64,000 nucleotides of DNA, taken from the NCBI GenBank assembly GCA_022813965.1, contig JALDZS010000008.1, positions 124,001-188,000 of the forward strand. Direction: 5' to 3'. Position numbers and translations under genes: made by a program. Positions 22,142 through 35,593 of the stretch are shown here, one piece after another. Source of the DNA: Toensbergia leucococca. Its lineage: Eukaryota. Below the pieces are notes generated by a model. The model ran no database searches. It was not told the origin of the DNA and worked only from the letters and a program-made list of their open reading frames with translations. The stretch's first letter is position 1, and the number at the start of each line of letters is the position of its first letter.

Positions 22142-24796
22142 ATGTCGTCGTGCGTAGCAGAGCTCGACGCTATACTCCAGTCCATGCTGGTCCTCAAGGC
22201 ACCTGGTGTCACAGGATCGAAGATTGCCAGCATCACCACACTCTGTAATGCGAACATTCAAGTACGTTGCACCTTTTGCTCGGCTTATAACATAAGACCT
22301 ACCTGTTCATTGCTGATTCTCTGGCCACTACCTATAGTCCGAGACGGTCCTAATCCAAAAGGTCTACACGCACTTCAAAAAAGCCCCTGGGACACATAAG
22401 CTTGGCGTTCTCTATGTTGTAGACTCTGTAACTCGACAATGGGTAGACCAGGCACGCAAGAATAATCAAACAGCTGCCTCCGATGGTCCATACGCTGCCG
22501 GCGTCAACCATGTGACGGAGCTTTTGCCCTCGTTCATGACTGATATTATAAATACTGCGCCCGAAGATCAAAAGGTACGCTCATTAGAAATTAGGGCCGT
22601 GAATCCGTTAGCTATCATCAGTGTTGATGGCAAGGGGTGATGCTCTATTCCATCATATAAATGCTTTCTCCCCTCGTATTCCTATGCAAGCCAAAACTCA
22701 CTTGTTTCTTGCGTATTAGGCCAGAATCAAGAAACTCATTGATATTTGGGAGCGGGGAACTACATTCCCAGCTGCGATGCTCTCGACTTTCAAAGAAAAA
22801 CTGAATGCTCCCGGTAAGATTCTCCAGCTAGCGATGATGAGAGGAGATATATCTTGCGTAATCAAGGCTTCTGATACACTGTTTTATCTGTAGCTATGTC
22901 TACGACTCCCGCTGGCACCCCACCCCAGGACTTTATATCGTTGAACGAGCAGGCTGCAAATGCTGCTGTGGCTACTGCTGCAGCACCTTCGAAAGATACT
23001 TCAGCGATTTTAAAGGCTCTCGCAGATATGGCTAAATCGAACACGGCAGTATCAGGATTGCCGTCCCAGGCTAGTACAAACAATGTAACCAATCCGCAAA
23101 ATGCAGTTCCTCAAAATTTGCCTTCGTTCGTAAACCAACCCCCAGTTGGCCAGGCTGTAAGCGTACCTGGAACAGCGAGTGGTGTAACATCATTTGCGGG
23201 ATTGAATAGTGCTACTCCCAATTTCCCGCAAAATTTGTTGAATGGGCAGACGAATATGCAAGCAGTACCTTCACCCATAATGCCCCAAGGCAATGGCAAT
23301 GGTCCTGTCACGCCTGAATCTCTACAGCAACAATTGCAGATTTTACAAGCACTTCAGGCACAAGGCGTACCGCAAGATCAATGGGCTACTGTACTATCTG
23401 TTCTCATGTCTAGTGGTGCTGGTATGGCCTCGAATGGCAGTTTTGTACCACAGCCTACTTGGCCGCAAAACGGAAACTATAGTGGACGTGGTGAACCGTC
23501 ACGTGACCGTAATGGATACAATGATCAGTCTGTTCGCTCACCAACAAATCGATATAGAAATCCTCGATCTCGGTCTCGGTCACCACCCGGCTGGGATAGA
23601 CGTCGTGAACCAAGTCCACCTCGTCGTCGCGATAGTCCCGTATATGATGAATATAGTGGAGATCGTAATGGCGGTCGTGGCAATGCCGGCCGTCAAGGTA
23701 AAGGTAGAGGACGTGGCAGTGAATATCGCCAACGAAGTCCAGCTCCAGACCGTTTTCGTAGGAGTCCCAGTCCTCGGCGTCAAGAGTTTGTCTTGCCACC
23801 TCCGGGCCCCAAGTGGATGGAGTATGATCGGTCCCTTGGCGATAGTACAATCAAGGGTAAGCTTCAGCGACCAACAATGCCAAATCAAACACTCGCTCAT
23901 AATGAAACAGTGCTTAGTAGAACGCTTTTCGTTGGCGGAGTCACGTGAGTAATCAATATCGTCATGTCATTAAAGCTGAAGGTTTTAACACCAGGACAGA
24001 TCATCTGAGCAGGACTTGCGTGCCATTTTCTCGGCATTTGGACAGGTGCAAACGTGCATTGTGAATGTGGATAAGCGCCATGCATTCGTCAAAATGATTA
24101 CCCGCGCTGAAGCCTTGGTCGCAAAGGAGGGCATGGAGCATTATAAATCCGCCGATATGCAACTTAGGGTGAGTTCATTATTTTTGTCAATTCTCTGTCT
24201 TTCTTGCTCCACAAATAAAATCTCGCTGACTGTGGTAGACTCGATGGGGTGTCGGTTTTGGACCCCGCGACTGTAGCGACTACCAGACAGGAATCAGTAT
24301 CATTCCTATTGAGCGACTCACAGATGCGGACCGTAAATGGATGTTGACTGCTGAGTATGGTGGTACGGGTGGGAAATCGATCGAGGGTGGCCTCGTCGTG
24401 GAAGAGCCTGATATTGAAATAGGTGCTGGTGTTTCATCGAAAGGTAAATCATCTCCGGAAACGCCTTCCCTCCACGCTTTATCCATCTTGCTGTGATATT
24501 GGATTCCAAATACTAACACAGGCATAGCTATAAGCCGACGAATGGCAACTGACAAAGGTGGTCAACAAGGCCCTCGGTCAACCCGTGACCCACCTCCGGA
24601 AGCTTCACGATTTCGTCAACCCGAACGACGAGCAGCAGGTAATGATCGAGACGTCGGCACCATTGGTGTTTCCCCCGCTGTTCCCGGCTTTGGCTTTCAA
24701 TTCCCTCCAATGCCCAATGGTATGCCTATGTTCCCGCCTGGATTTATGATGCCCGGTACTGCAACGACGCAGCCACCTCCACCTGGTGCTAATTAA
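22142..24796 (+). CDS. NRD1: RNA-binding termination factor Nrd1/Seb1 (CID + RS + RRM), multi-exon
   Basis: CID: LKAPGVTGSKI, THKLGVLYVVDSVTR. RRM: VLSRTLFVGGV, VQTCIVNVDKRHAFVKM. RWGVGFGPRDCSDY, EEPDIEIGAGVSSKA. Confidence 0.93.
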
Positions 24797-26482
24797 GTGC
24801 ACATTCTTTGCTCAGCATCTCGAGTCTCCCTTGGGTACCGGGCATCACGGTTAGCATCTTGCAATGTTTACTTACTCAAGCTTACACGATTTTGTCCATG
24901 TTGCGCACAAGCGGCATAGCTACAGGGCGTTCAGTGGAATATTTCAGGGATTGGAACCGGCGTGTAGCAGGTTGATTCACAAAATCTGGCAGGAATCTTG
25001 CTCGATGTCTATTCTTCGGTCTGTGCCCTGTCACGGCGTTGCTCCAAGCTTCTCTACAAAGATTGCCTCTGGGGGACAGGAGTTGGCAAGGATAGCCGTC
25101 TGTGGTTAGACATGATGGAAGGATGGTTCGCTAGCACCAAAGATAGGTAGCTTGTAACCCTAGGATAGAAAATTCTCTCAGCACACTGAAGAAGCCATCA
25201 AAATCAAAGCCAAATTACTCGTGATGATGAGAGCACATGCACTTATGTATCTAAGGTCTATTATAACTTCCTCTATCAATAAAAAACTCTCTCGGTATTT
25301 TCACAATTGAAAATGCGTTCAAAATCTGGCTGCTAAGTCATTGAACTTCCTACATGTGAAGTAAGCTCGGTCATGGAAAATAACAGATTGTAGAGCAACG
25401 TTAGCCAAAGTATCTATTCTTTTTTTTGGCGGTGTATTCGTGATAAAAGGCCCGAAAGGGATTGAAATACTTCATTGCTGGGTGGAAAGATTGACTTTGA
25501 TTAATACTTGCCCCACGCGGGCATTTAGCCTAAGCATTTAGGCTTGGATCCGCGCGAGGTGGCGCCAGATCATCCTTCGCGACGGGGAGCGGCCGTTGAA
25601 GGGTAAAGTGTAATATTAGTCGATGGGGGTACCCCGCTATCATGAAATCCGGGGAAGGCAACAGCGATTGCGGTGACAATCAAATAGAGATCAAGTTCAT
25701 ACCTGCAGGTAGAATGGATTCATTTTGAGGGAGTAAATTGTGATGCTCCTTCTGTCCTGCAGTAGCTCTCAATCACCTGTCACAATCAGCGGTGTCGAAT
25801 TTGTATGCAGTGGAACGAGGCATTTCTGCAAGATTGCGCATTGAACCTCCTGTATCCCTCAGAGAAAAAGTGCATGCCAACACAACTGGAAAGCTTTGAC
25901 TACCAGCGTTATTGCATTTCTGAGTTCTATTCCTGATCTTGTCAAAAGTGTGCGAGTAGAAGACTTCCTGTGCAAGCCCTTTAGCTCTTCCTGTAGCTGA
26001 CCCCCACACTTTGATCATGTAGCGAGCCAATGCGAACCTCTCATTGGTCAGATGTTCAGATGTGGACGTCCGTGCACCATTTAGAATAGTGATCTAGGTA
26101 GGTACTCCGTAGTGTCTGAAGCAATTGACTTCCCCACTACCGAGTTACTCTCATCATTTCTTCTTTCTTCCTTTTTCTCTATCCTTCACCAGCCTAGATC
26201 TGTCCGGCTTTGATTTTGACTCTTCTTACAGTCAATTGCGCTGGATTTGAATCGTGCATCCTCGTGGTAAGATGCCACTTAATTCGGTAAGAGCACCCAT
26301 TAGCTGTGCATTACCGAGTTTGGTAGAATACAAAACCATGTTCCTCTGCTTCTCATCCTACGAACATCTTCATATTCGCCGCATACCTAGGACATCCTTG
26401 GTTCTTTCTTCGTCACCATTGACTGCTCTTGCAATACTTTAGTGATATTTCTGCATTGCTAATCCTCATCTAGTCACCTGTA

Positions 26483-29400
26483 ATGGCGGACGCTTTGGGC
26501 GCTCACTCCGGTGAGTATTCATCCAATGCAAGCTCTATTGCCGCGCCGCCAAATCACTTGGGCACCAACGTTCCTAGCGGCCAACTAGATGGTCGTCACG
26601 ATCCTGAAAAGACTGGTCACGACGATGTACCAGTTGCCCAAGATGAAGAGGAAGACGAGGATATGGATGCTCTGATTGACGATCTCGAATCTCAAGATGG
26701 CGTAGTGGAAGAAGAAGAGGAGAAGGCTGAGCCTGGTGGAGCTCGAATCATTCCGGAAGACATGTTACAGACCAGCACCGTCACCGGCTTGACTGACCAG
26801 GAAGTCATTGTCCGTAGAAAGAAGTATGGAATGAATCAAATGAAGGAAGAGAAGGAGAATTTAATTCTTAAATTTCTTGGATATTTCATCGGGCCCATTC
26901 AGTTCGTCATGGAGGTAACCTTCCCCACAGCTTTCTTGCTTTCCTCAACTTTCTCCAGCCGCATTAGTCTCCATCTCATCAAGACTTCAAGCAAATTGCC
27001 AGAAGCACATGGGCTAATGTTGTGATCTCTAGGCTGCTGCTGTTCTAGCTGCTGGTCTCCAAGATTGGGTTGATTTTGGTGTCATCTGTGCCCTTCTACT
27101 GCTCAACGCTAGTGTTGGCTTTATTCAAGAATACCAGGCCGGCTCTATCGTCGACGAACTTAAGAAGACCCTGGCTCTCAGAGCGACTGTCTTGCGTAAT
27201 GGGGTTTTGCAAGAGACCGAGGTTAACCAGCTTGTCCCAGGCGACATAATTCAGATCGAAGAAGTGAGGCAAAATATTGACAGAAGATTCATAAAACAAT
27301 TGAATTCGGCTTACAGTCTTTAGGGCTCAATTATCCCCGCTGATGGCCGGATCGTCACTCAAGACGCCTATTGCCAGGTTGACCAATCTGCTATAACCGG
27401 AGAATCCCTCGCAGTTGACAAGCACAATGGAGATACGTGCTACGCATCATCTGGAGTCAAGCGTGGTGAATGTTTTATAGTCATCACTGCTACCGGTGAC
27501 AGCACCTTTGTTGGGCGTGCCGCTGCTTTAGTCAACCAAGCCTCCAGCGGCACCGGTCACTTTACTGAGGTGCTCTTCGGCATTGGCACAATTCTGTTGA
27601 TTCTCGTCATCTTCACTCTTCTTATTGTCTGGATTTCGTCATTCTACCGCTCCAATAAAATCAAGTTGATTCTGGAATTCACCCTTGCGATCACTATCAT
27701 TGGTGTGCCGGTCGGTCTTCCTGCGGTCGTCACAACTACAATGGCCGTCGGTGCTGCCTACCTTGCTAAGAAAAAAGCCATTGTTCAGAAATTATCGGCT
27801 ATCGAATCTTTGGCCGGTGTCGAGATCCTTTGCTCTGATAAGTGTGCATTCCTGAAATCCATTATGAGCTCAAATGACTAATCCATCCTCGTAGGACCGG
27901 TACACTGACCAAGAACAAGCTATCTCTTGCCGAGCCATTTTGTGTTGCAGGTGTTGAGCCGGATGATCTCATGCTTACTGCTTGTTTGGCCGCCTCCCGC
28001 AAGAAGAAGGGCATCGATGCCATTGACAAGGCTTTTCTGAAGGCTCTTCGTTACTACCCACGTGCAAAAGGGGTCCTCTCAAAATACAAGGTCATCGATT
28101 TTCATCCTTTCGACCCTGTGTCCAAAAAAGTGTCAGCTGTCGTTGAATCTCCTCAAGGTGAACGTATCGTTTGCGTGAAAGGTGCTCCATTGTTCGTTCT
28201 CAAGACAGTTGAGGAAGATCACCCCATCCCGGAAGATATCGACTCTGCCTACAAGAACAAGGTTGCTGAATTCGCTACACGAGGTTTCCGTTCGTTGGGC
28301 GTTGCTCGTAAGCGAGGTCAGGGTTCGTGGGAGATCCTTGGTATAATGCCTTGCGCAGATCCTCCACGCCACGACACTGCCAAAACAATCAATGAAGCCA
28401 AAACCCTAGGATTATCTATTAAAATGTTGACAGGCGATGCCGTTGGAATTGCTCGTGAAACATCACGTCAACTAGGCCTGGGCACGAACGTCTACAATGC
28501 CGAGCGTCTTGGTTTAGGTGGTGGAGGGACTATGCCCGGTTCAGAGGTCTATGATTTCGTTGAAGCGGCCGATGGTTTCGCCGAAGTGTTTCCTCAACAC
28601 AAATACAACGTAGTCGAGATTCTTCAACAGCGTGGGTACTTGGTTGCCATGACTGGTGACGGTGTCAACGATGCCCCCTCATTGAAGAAGGCCGATACTG
28701 GAATTGCTGTCGAGGGTGCATCTGACGCTGCTCGTTCGGCAGCCGACATCGTCTTCTTAGCCCCTGGTCTGTCTGCTATAATCGACGCTCTTAAGACTTC
28801 TCGACAGATTTTTCATCGCATGTATGCCTACGTTGTGTACCGCATTGCCTTGTCGATACATCTGGAAATCTTCCTGGGTCTTTGGATCGCGATCCTCAAT
28901 ACCAGTCTGAATCTAAATCTTGTAGTCTTCATCGCCATCTTCGCCGACGTTGCTACTCTGGCGATTGCGTACGATAATGCACCTTTCTCCAAGTCCCCCG
29001 TTAAATGGAATCTGCCGAAGCTTTGGGGGACGTCAGTTCTCCTTGGCATAATTCTAGCTCTCGGTACTTGGATCGCCTTGACCACAATGCTAGCCAATAG
29101 CCAGGATGGCGGTATCGTCCAGAATTTTGGTCGTCGCGATGAAGTCCTATTCCTGCAAATCTCTCTTTCGGAGAATTGGCTTATCTTCATCACCCGCGCC
29201 AATGGTCCTTTCTGGTCTTCGATTCCGTCATGGCAATTGACCGGTGCAATTTTAGTCGTGGATATCATCGCTACCTTTTTCTGCCTATTCGGATTCTTCA
29301 TTGGCGGTCGAACCTCCATTGTCGCCGTTGTCCGAATTTGGATATACTCATTTGGAGTCTTTTGTGTCATGGGTGGCCTTTACTACTTACTTCAAGACTC

Positions 29401-29593
29401 GGTAGGCTTTGATAATTTCATGCACGGCAAGTCACCGAGCAAAAACCAGAAGCAGCGATCTTTGGAAGATTTCGGTACGTGTTAGATTTGTCTTGCTGGG
29501 TGTGACGTGATATTTTGAACAGAGATTCGCTAACTTGGTGATTTAGTGGTCTCGCTACAACGTGTCTCCACCCAGCATGAAAAGACAAATTAG
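26483..29593 (+). CDS. PMA1: Plasma-membrane H+-ATPase (P3A type)
   Basis: [47 protein letters not shown]-terminal [18 protein letters not shown]. Confidence 0.97.
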
Positions 29594-30239
29594 GATGGCA
29601 AATATGGGAATTATGATTTCCGTTTAGAACTTTTCGGGCATGAAGAGGTGTTATGCGAGAAGGGAGAGGGACAAGACACGAAAATATGCGTAAATGACTA
29701 GTAATTCTCATAGGTTAGCGGAGGCGAATGGAGAATTAAAAAGGGCGGAAGGGGGAGGGAGTCTATGATGGCGTTTCTGTCTAGTTTCTAGTGTGTTTTC
29801 GTGATACACCCCTCACTCTAGATAGAGTAAATGCGGGAGTTTTTTTTATTTTCTTGTGTACTCGATTAAAGGGGGGAATTAAGCAAATAAATTTTGCTCC
29901 CCCATCGCAAAAATTTTGAAAGATGTGTGTTCTATGCTCCTCTTCTGGTGACTTGAGTGTGATGAGCACCTCTTTTTTGATACTGCTGTGATTGCTTTTT
30001 CTTTTGAGAACTGTCTTGCTCAGTGAAGGGCTTTTGGTTGAGGATTGAATTCTTCTTTTCACCTTTTTTGATTTTTTTTGAGTTGAGTGAGGGTGAGGCG
30101 GGGGCGCTCATTTAGTGTGATTTTTTTTTTTTTTTGAATGTTTGAGGGGCGCACGGATTTTTTTGGGAGGAGGCGCAGGGGTTAGAATATGAGTCAGGGG
30201 TCAGGGGTCAGGTGAGTGAGAGAATGTGAGTTTAGATGC

Positions 30240-30640
30240 TATTTTCTTTTTTGTTTTTTGTTTGATTTGTTTTTGTTGTGTGTTCAGTCTCTATGAGAGT
30301 TATGAATGTGATAAAGTTCAATGAAAACATATGTGTCAGAGAAAGTCTGATTAATTTGTATAAGGGGCTGTGTTTTGATTGTTACAATGATTTAGATTTA
30401 ATTTTATGTGTTATTTAGGCAGATAGATAGATCTCTGAGTGTTGAAGTGAATTTTAGTTCATGATGAGTTTCATGTGAGCTTTCTGAAGTTTTGAGTGCA
30501 TGAGTGTCAAATATTTTGAGTTTGATATGTATGTCTTGAAAATTATGACATTATTCTACATGATGCTCACTGATGTGTGTGATGTGCTACAACAAAGATT
30601 AAATTTAGGTTTTTCATAACAAGGAGGTTTTGATATTGCG
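30240..30640. other. AT-rich, CpG-depleted tract, probably a heavily mutated repeat relic
   Basis: About 400 bp with almost no CG dinucleotide and abundant TG/CA. No ORF. Confidence 0.45.
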
Positions 30641-30691
30641 ATGAAGTAAGTGTCATTCCGTCCCTTTCATCATTCAGAACAGATCTCTATC

Positions 30692-31853
30692 TTATGGTTT
30701 GAGAGCGTAAATCTTGAAAGAACCTGTGCACGACCTGTCAGAACTTCTTTCAAAAAAAAAGACAGGCTGTTGTCGTGATTGTGACATACCAGCCAATTCA
30801 TTAAAGTTCAATTGCTCTGTGCTGTCGTTCAGAGGACCGATGCTTGGCTCATCAGATGGCTCTGCGGTGCTGCAGCATGAGTCTGTCTTTTGGCGGCATT
30901 GGTTGCTTGAATTGAGGCCACAGCATCCGTCATGGCTGTGCTTTTGTTTGGCAGTTGTGTAGGTGTTAAGGTCATTTTTGCTGTCGACGATCAAGACATC
31001 TGAACCGTTTTCATATCAATGTTGGCGAGCTCGGTCTACATGCTTTTTTCCATGAATAAAGGATGCAGGGAAATTTACTTACCGATAAATCCGGCAATGC
31101 GTAGATACTTCTCATAGTCTTGAGGGGAACTTGCACCTACGATACACCCAACATACAGAGCCATGTTGTTCTTGATATCCTCTGAAAGAACTCGCTTGAC
31201 TAGAATGTCACTGATGGCCATTCGTCCTCCGGGTTTAAGGAGGCGATGTATTTCGTTGAAGACGAGTTGCTTCTCTTGCTCCGGGACCAGATTGACGACA
31301 CAGTTGCTGATGATGCAATGGGCTGTCTCGTTTGGTAGGCTAACATCTGTAATGAAAGACTCGACGAACATGACATTTTCAGCTCTGCTGTTTTGTTTGT
31401 TGCGATTTGCCGTCTCAAGCATATCCTGGCTTGTTGTGTCAATGATAACATGAAACCAAGAGCGCAGTTTGGAAAACAACCTTGTTCATGTCGACACCGT
31501 ACACCCTCCCTTTAGCACCTACTTTCTTGCCCGCGAGGAATACGTCAAAGCCTGCACCACTTCCGAGATCGATCACCGTTTCGCCCTATATCTGCCCATC
31601 AACATGTCTTCTTGGCCTGGGACCGCTCTGCGGTGCAGAGTCTTCTAACCTCCCGAATATTCGCGAGAGCAAAAGGGTTACCGCAGCTCAGACCCAGATT
31701 CGCGTCTCGTGGAACACTCGCCAACTCATCTTCGCTGTAGCCGAATGCCTTGGCCACCAAGCTCCCGTAATCGCCAGCTGGAGTTTTGGCAGCGATTCCA
31801 TATCGTTCCTGAACTTTCTGATAGATGAAACTTGCATCCCTTGTCAGAGCCAT
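30692..31853 (-). CDS. arsM: Arsenite S-adenosylmethionine methyltransferase (ArsM/AS3MT family), about 5 exons
   Basis: ANLGLSCGNP, GETVIDLGSGAGFDVF, VYGVDM, IISNCVVNLVP, RLLKPGGRMAISDI, YVGCIVGA, plus a C-terminal CC-rich tail. Confidence 0.92.
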
Positions 31854-32016
31854 TTGCTACAACGTCTGTCCCAGTTGGCTCAAGATTGGGAATGTGCTTT
31901 CGTTGCAGAAGAGCTGAGGAAATGAATTTACGTGACTCGTCTACAAGCTGGCTGTCCTTGTATAGTGAGAGAAGCCTCTGCTATGGGATCGACCATAGCA
32001 GCAGATCAGCTGCTGC

Positions 32017-32031
32017 TTGATATGTCACTGT
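32017..32031 (-). promoter_or_regulatory. Candidate cis-element TTGATATGTCACTGT upstream of arsM
   Basis: Exact 15-bp match to 35627-35641 upstream of the MFS gene, in the same orientation and at a similar distance. Confidence 0.5.
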
Positions 32032-32315
32032 CCCAAAGAGGAAGCCTAGTATCTGTGGTGGTGTACAAGGATTAGAATCCGTGCATCTGCCTAGGATATA
32101 AGTCCCTCATCATTGCATCGATGGGCCCGTTTGGTAGCGAGAAGATAGTAGAAAGGTTAGTACCAACTCCGGCATCGGTAAAATCTCGGTGCCACAATAC
32201 TATATATTGCACAGGCCGGTGCTCGTAGATAGTAGCTACTATATCAAAAATAGTCTGTCATTGATCTCGTCGTTGCTGTAGTTGCTAGTATTATGATGAT
32301 ACTATCATCAGAGCG

Positions 32316-33500
32316 TTAGAATTCTTGTTGTTTTGGCTGTAAAAGCCCCTGATCTAAATCAACGACATACTTCTCTGTATGCATCCTCTTGCGCTTGCGA
32401 CGTCTCTGCGCGCTCGTTAGAGCTGCAGGCGCTGTTGAACTCGGCATGACAGGACTTGTGGATAGTTCCCGATAGAGTAACGGAGTAGAAGATCGAGAAA
32501 AAAAGATTGTAGGAGGAGTAGGGAGTTTTGGACTTTGGTGGTGGTACACATACCTGACTCGTCGAATCCCAGCTCGAAGCAGCAGTAATCTGCTCTGAGA
32601 CCTGCTCCGTGGCTTGTTCGATTGGTGTAACTGGCTGGCTGGCTCTCTCGAACAGCTCGCGCTCTCTGCTTCAATTCAGCCGCTGTTAGTCCGAGCGCTT
32701 CCACACGCCCGGGAGATCTCTGAACGATATGTCTTTTGGGAAGGGGCTCTGGCATCGCCACAAAGAGATTCTAAGGCTCTGAGCTCATAGGAAAGCCTGC
32801 CCGCTCTCTCGCGCCCTGCGCGCTGTGGGTTCTTGTAGGAGGTTCACTTGCTGATCAAGCCGAGCTTTCTCTGAAGGGTTCGACTACGTCCGAATGTCTT
32901 CAAGCTGCGACTGCGCCGTATTCTCTCAGATAAAATTACCTAAGATGCTGCTTTGTCTGAACATTTTGCTCCAGAGTCACCTCAAATCCACTGTCAACTG
33001 CAGGCATGCCAGAATATTAAAATGTGAACCGAAGATGCCGCTTGTCATCTGGTAGCATGGACTTGGCATTGGGAGGGAGTGATTTTCCGATTTGCCACGA
33101 AATTGAATCCGAGATGTACCCAGATTTGCCAGTGAGCGAAAACATGATGCAAGCTCTGATACTTCGCTTTGCACCAGGTAGGAAACTTTGCATCATTAAA
33201 GGTAGTCCAATAGTGAGTAAGAAAATAGCAAGTTGCCAGCCCGCCTCTTCTAGAAAAGAAATGAGGAAGAAATATTTTTCAGCTACCTATTGGAAACAGA
33301 CACTTGCACAAATCTGCCTCTTCGCAAAAGCTGTCTCAACACCAACAGGAGGGGAATTATCAAAGAATAGTAGTGTTGATACAGTAGCGAGGAAATTGTT
33401 TGAACAGAATAGACTCTGTTCGTCATTGGAAAGTGATTTGATCTGAGCTCCAAGTCTGCGCCAATCAAATGTGAGAGTCCATCATCCTCATAGCCCAGAG
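32316..33500 (-). pseudogene. Possible decayed coding sequence
   Basis: Protein-like minus-strand fragments (SEKARLDQQVNLLQEPTARRARE; AELKQRARAVRESQ; AQRRRKRKRMH) broken by stops and frameshifts. Confidence 0.3.
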
Positions 33501-33957
33501 CATGTATTACAGTCTGCTCACGCTCTTGGACTTCTGCAAAAGTGCCGGAATAAACAGTGTGATTTGGTACTGTGGTGAGTCAAGGGGATAGCGAGACATC
33601 AGTGTGCTTTGCTCACTGTTAACTCCCGTTTCAAGCTCTTCTCGCAGCCGAGGTACTTGGGCTGCAGGATGGTTCGACGATCTCCTCAGACAGCAGAAAA
33701 TTTCCGACATAGAAAGCGTCATCTTCCTTAACAGGGTAGCGGGTTAGGCAAAAGCCGGGGAGGCTTTCACTGCTCTGATGCACGATTACGATGCTCTTGC
33801 ATGGGAGGAAAAAAATAGGAATGCACTGAGTAAACGTGAGGAGATGACCTGTTTTTCTTGCGCCAATAGATAGGGATAAACACAACAAGTTCTCCAGGTG
33901 CAGTCAGCGTCCAGACTTGTTGGTCTTCTTCATCAAGATAAATGAAAAAGAGCATCA

Positions 33958-35466
33958 CTAATGGGCTCTCGGCGAAATATTACGTCTCTTCACTCTAAAC
34001 TTCACACAGCACAGGCAAATACTGGCACATACATAGCAAAGCCCACAGAAAATTTGTGGGTAAAGGTACGCTCGAGGGTGACCAGGCCGTCGTAGATAGA
34101 GTGAAATCACTTCAGAAACTGAGATGATTAGTTAAATCAGCCAAGTGTGCCAAGCCTATGGGATACAGACACAGCACACATGTAGTTGGCAGCACAATCG
34201 AAAGCCACGACAGCGCTAGAAGAGACGGGAGTTGTTTTAGTCCAGCCACTTCGACGCAGATCGGCCCAATCGTCTATTAAATTAGTGGCTTTCTGATTTC
34301 GAGGGGAATATCTTCAGACTCACCACCCAAAAAACGCCGAGGATTGCCCCAGTAATGAGGGCGAAAAGTACGGTGACTCCATACGAGGAATCGGGAATCC
34401 ATATAGCAAAGCAGCAAAGGCCGCACAGTAATGTGAGGCCAGCAGCGATATCAAAGCGTCCGAATCGGTCGCTTGCAACGCCAATGAATGGTCGCCCAAT
34501 AGCTGTACCCGCACTCAGAATAGCAATTATCTGCGTAGCTCTGTCGCGAGACAATCCAATTGATAGGCTAAAGTCCGAAAGCGAATACAATAGGGTAATG
34601 TAGCCCAGCATGCTGAGGAATGACCAAGAGAGTAGCAATAAAACTTCGGCACGGCAAAGTAATTCCCGATCAAATGGGCGTTGCTTAGGGCTGAATGGCG
34701 GCATTTCGGTCTCGTATAAGGGCTGTGGCCAAGCTATTCATGGATAGAACAATGATGCCGATGATGCGGAGGAACCAAGGCAGGCATAGATTATCAATCA
34801 TTGCTCCAATGGCAAAAGAAAAGATAAGTCCACCTATTCCAGAACCTGCCGCGCTAATACCATTTGCCAGACTTCTGCGGCTGGCAAACCATTGAGAGAG
34901 GACAGGAAGACTCGGAATATATAAGCATCCAACACCAATACCCACAAGAACGCCCTGCGAGAGATAGAGATGCCATATCTGTGAAGCAAAAGAAGCTGCA
35001 ATGAACGCTCCTCCTAGTACTGCAGCGCCACTCGCCATGGGGACTTTTATACTAGTAAGTCTAGTCAAGACGGTCACTAGAGGGGCCACAATCATTGCCG
35101 CGCCAAACGTGAGGCCTCCGATGAAAGCATAGTCAAGCGCTGTTGCTCCAGGGAAGACGCCACCAGAGAGATAGTAAGACAAGTAGACGCCATAAGACTG
35201 CTGAATATTAGCAAACGCTGTTTTCTCAAGCTAAGATCAGTGTTGCTTGTTTAATCACTTACCGATACCACTCCCCATGTAGAAGAGTTGATAGTAAAGC
35301 AACACGCCACACACACCCAACCATAGCCTCCATCTGGCGCTGGTATAGGTAGGGGTTGACTTGAAGCATCGACTTGGTTTCCGTGATCACTGACATTCAG
35401 ACTTGTTGCAGACTGAAGAACAAGGGCGTTTGTCTGAAGTTCAGTCATTCTCAAGCGCATTGACAC
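33958..35466 (-). pseudogene. MFS monocarboxylate-porter-like (MCH-type) transporter with one frameshift
   Basis: PDGGYGWVCV, SYGVYLSYYL, LYLSQGVLVGIG, QWFASRRSLANGISAAGSGIGG, SDRFGR, EVAGLKQLPS. One extra base at ~34688 (CAG CCC T AAG) creates TAA at 34685-34687; the remaining exons are intact. Confidence 0.8.
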
Positions 35467-35593
35467 AACTGGGGATCAAGTTCCATAGCCTCGATTTACC
35501 TTATGAAGTTGAATCCGTCGGCTGTCGGAAGTATTGCTGACATAGCTGTGCATTCCCAGCCGCCCATAGATCTTTCGAATGCGAGAAAGTGGG

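Noticed and set aside
22834..22874. Box C (ATGATGA) and box D (CTGA) words in an NRD1 intron
   Set aside because: Only ~40 nt apart, too short for a C/D snoRNA, and the CTGAT is probably the branch site.
33024..33446. 140-aa plus-strand ORF
   Set aside because: Non-ATG start and no motif; likely a shadow of degenerate minus-strand sequence.
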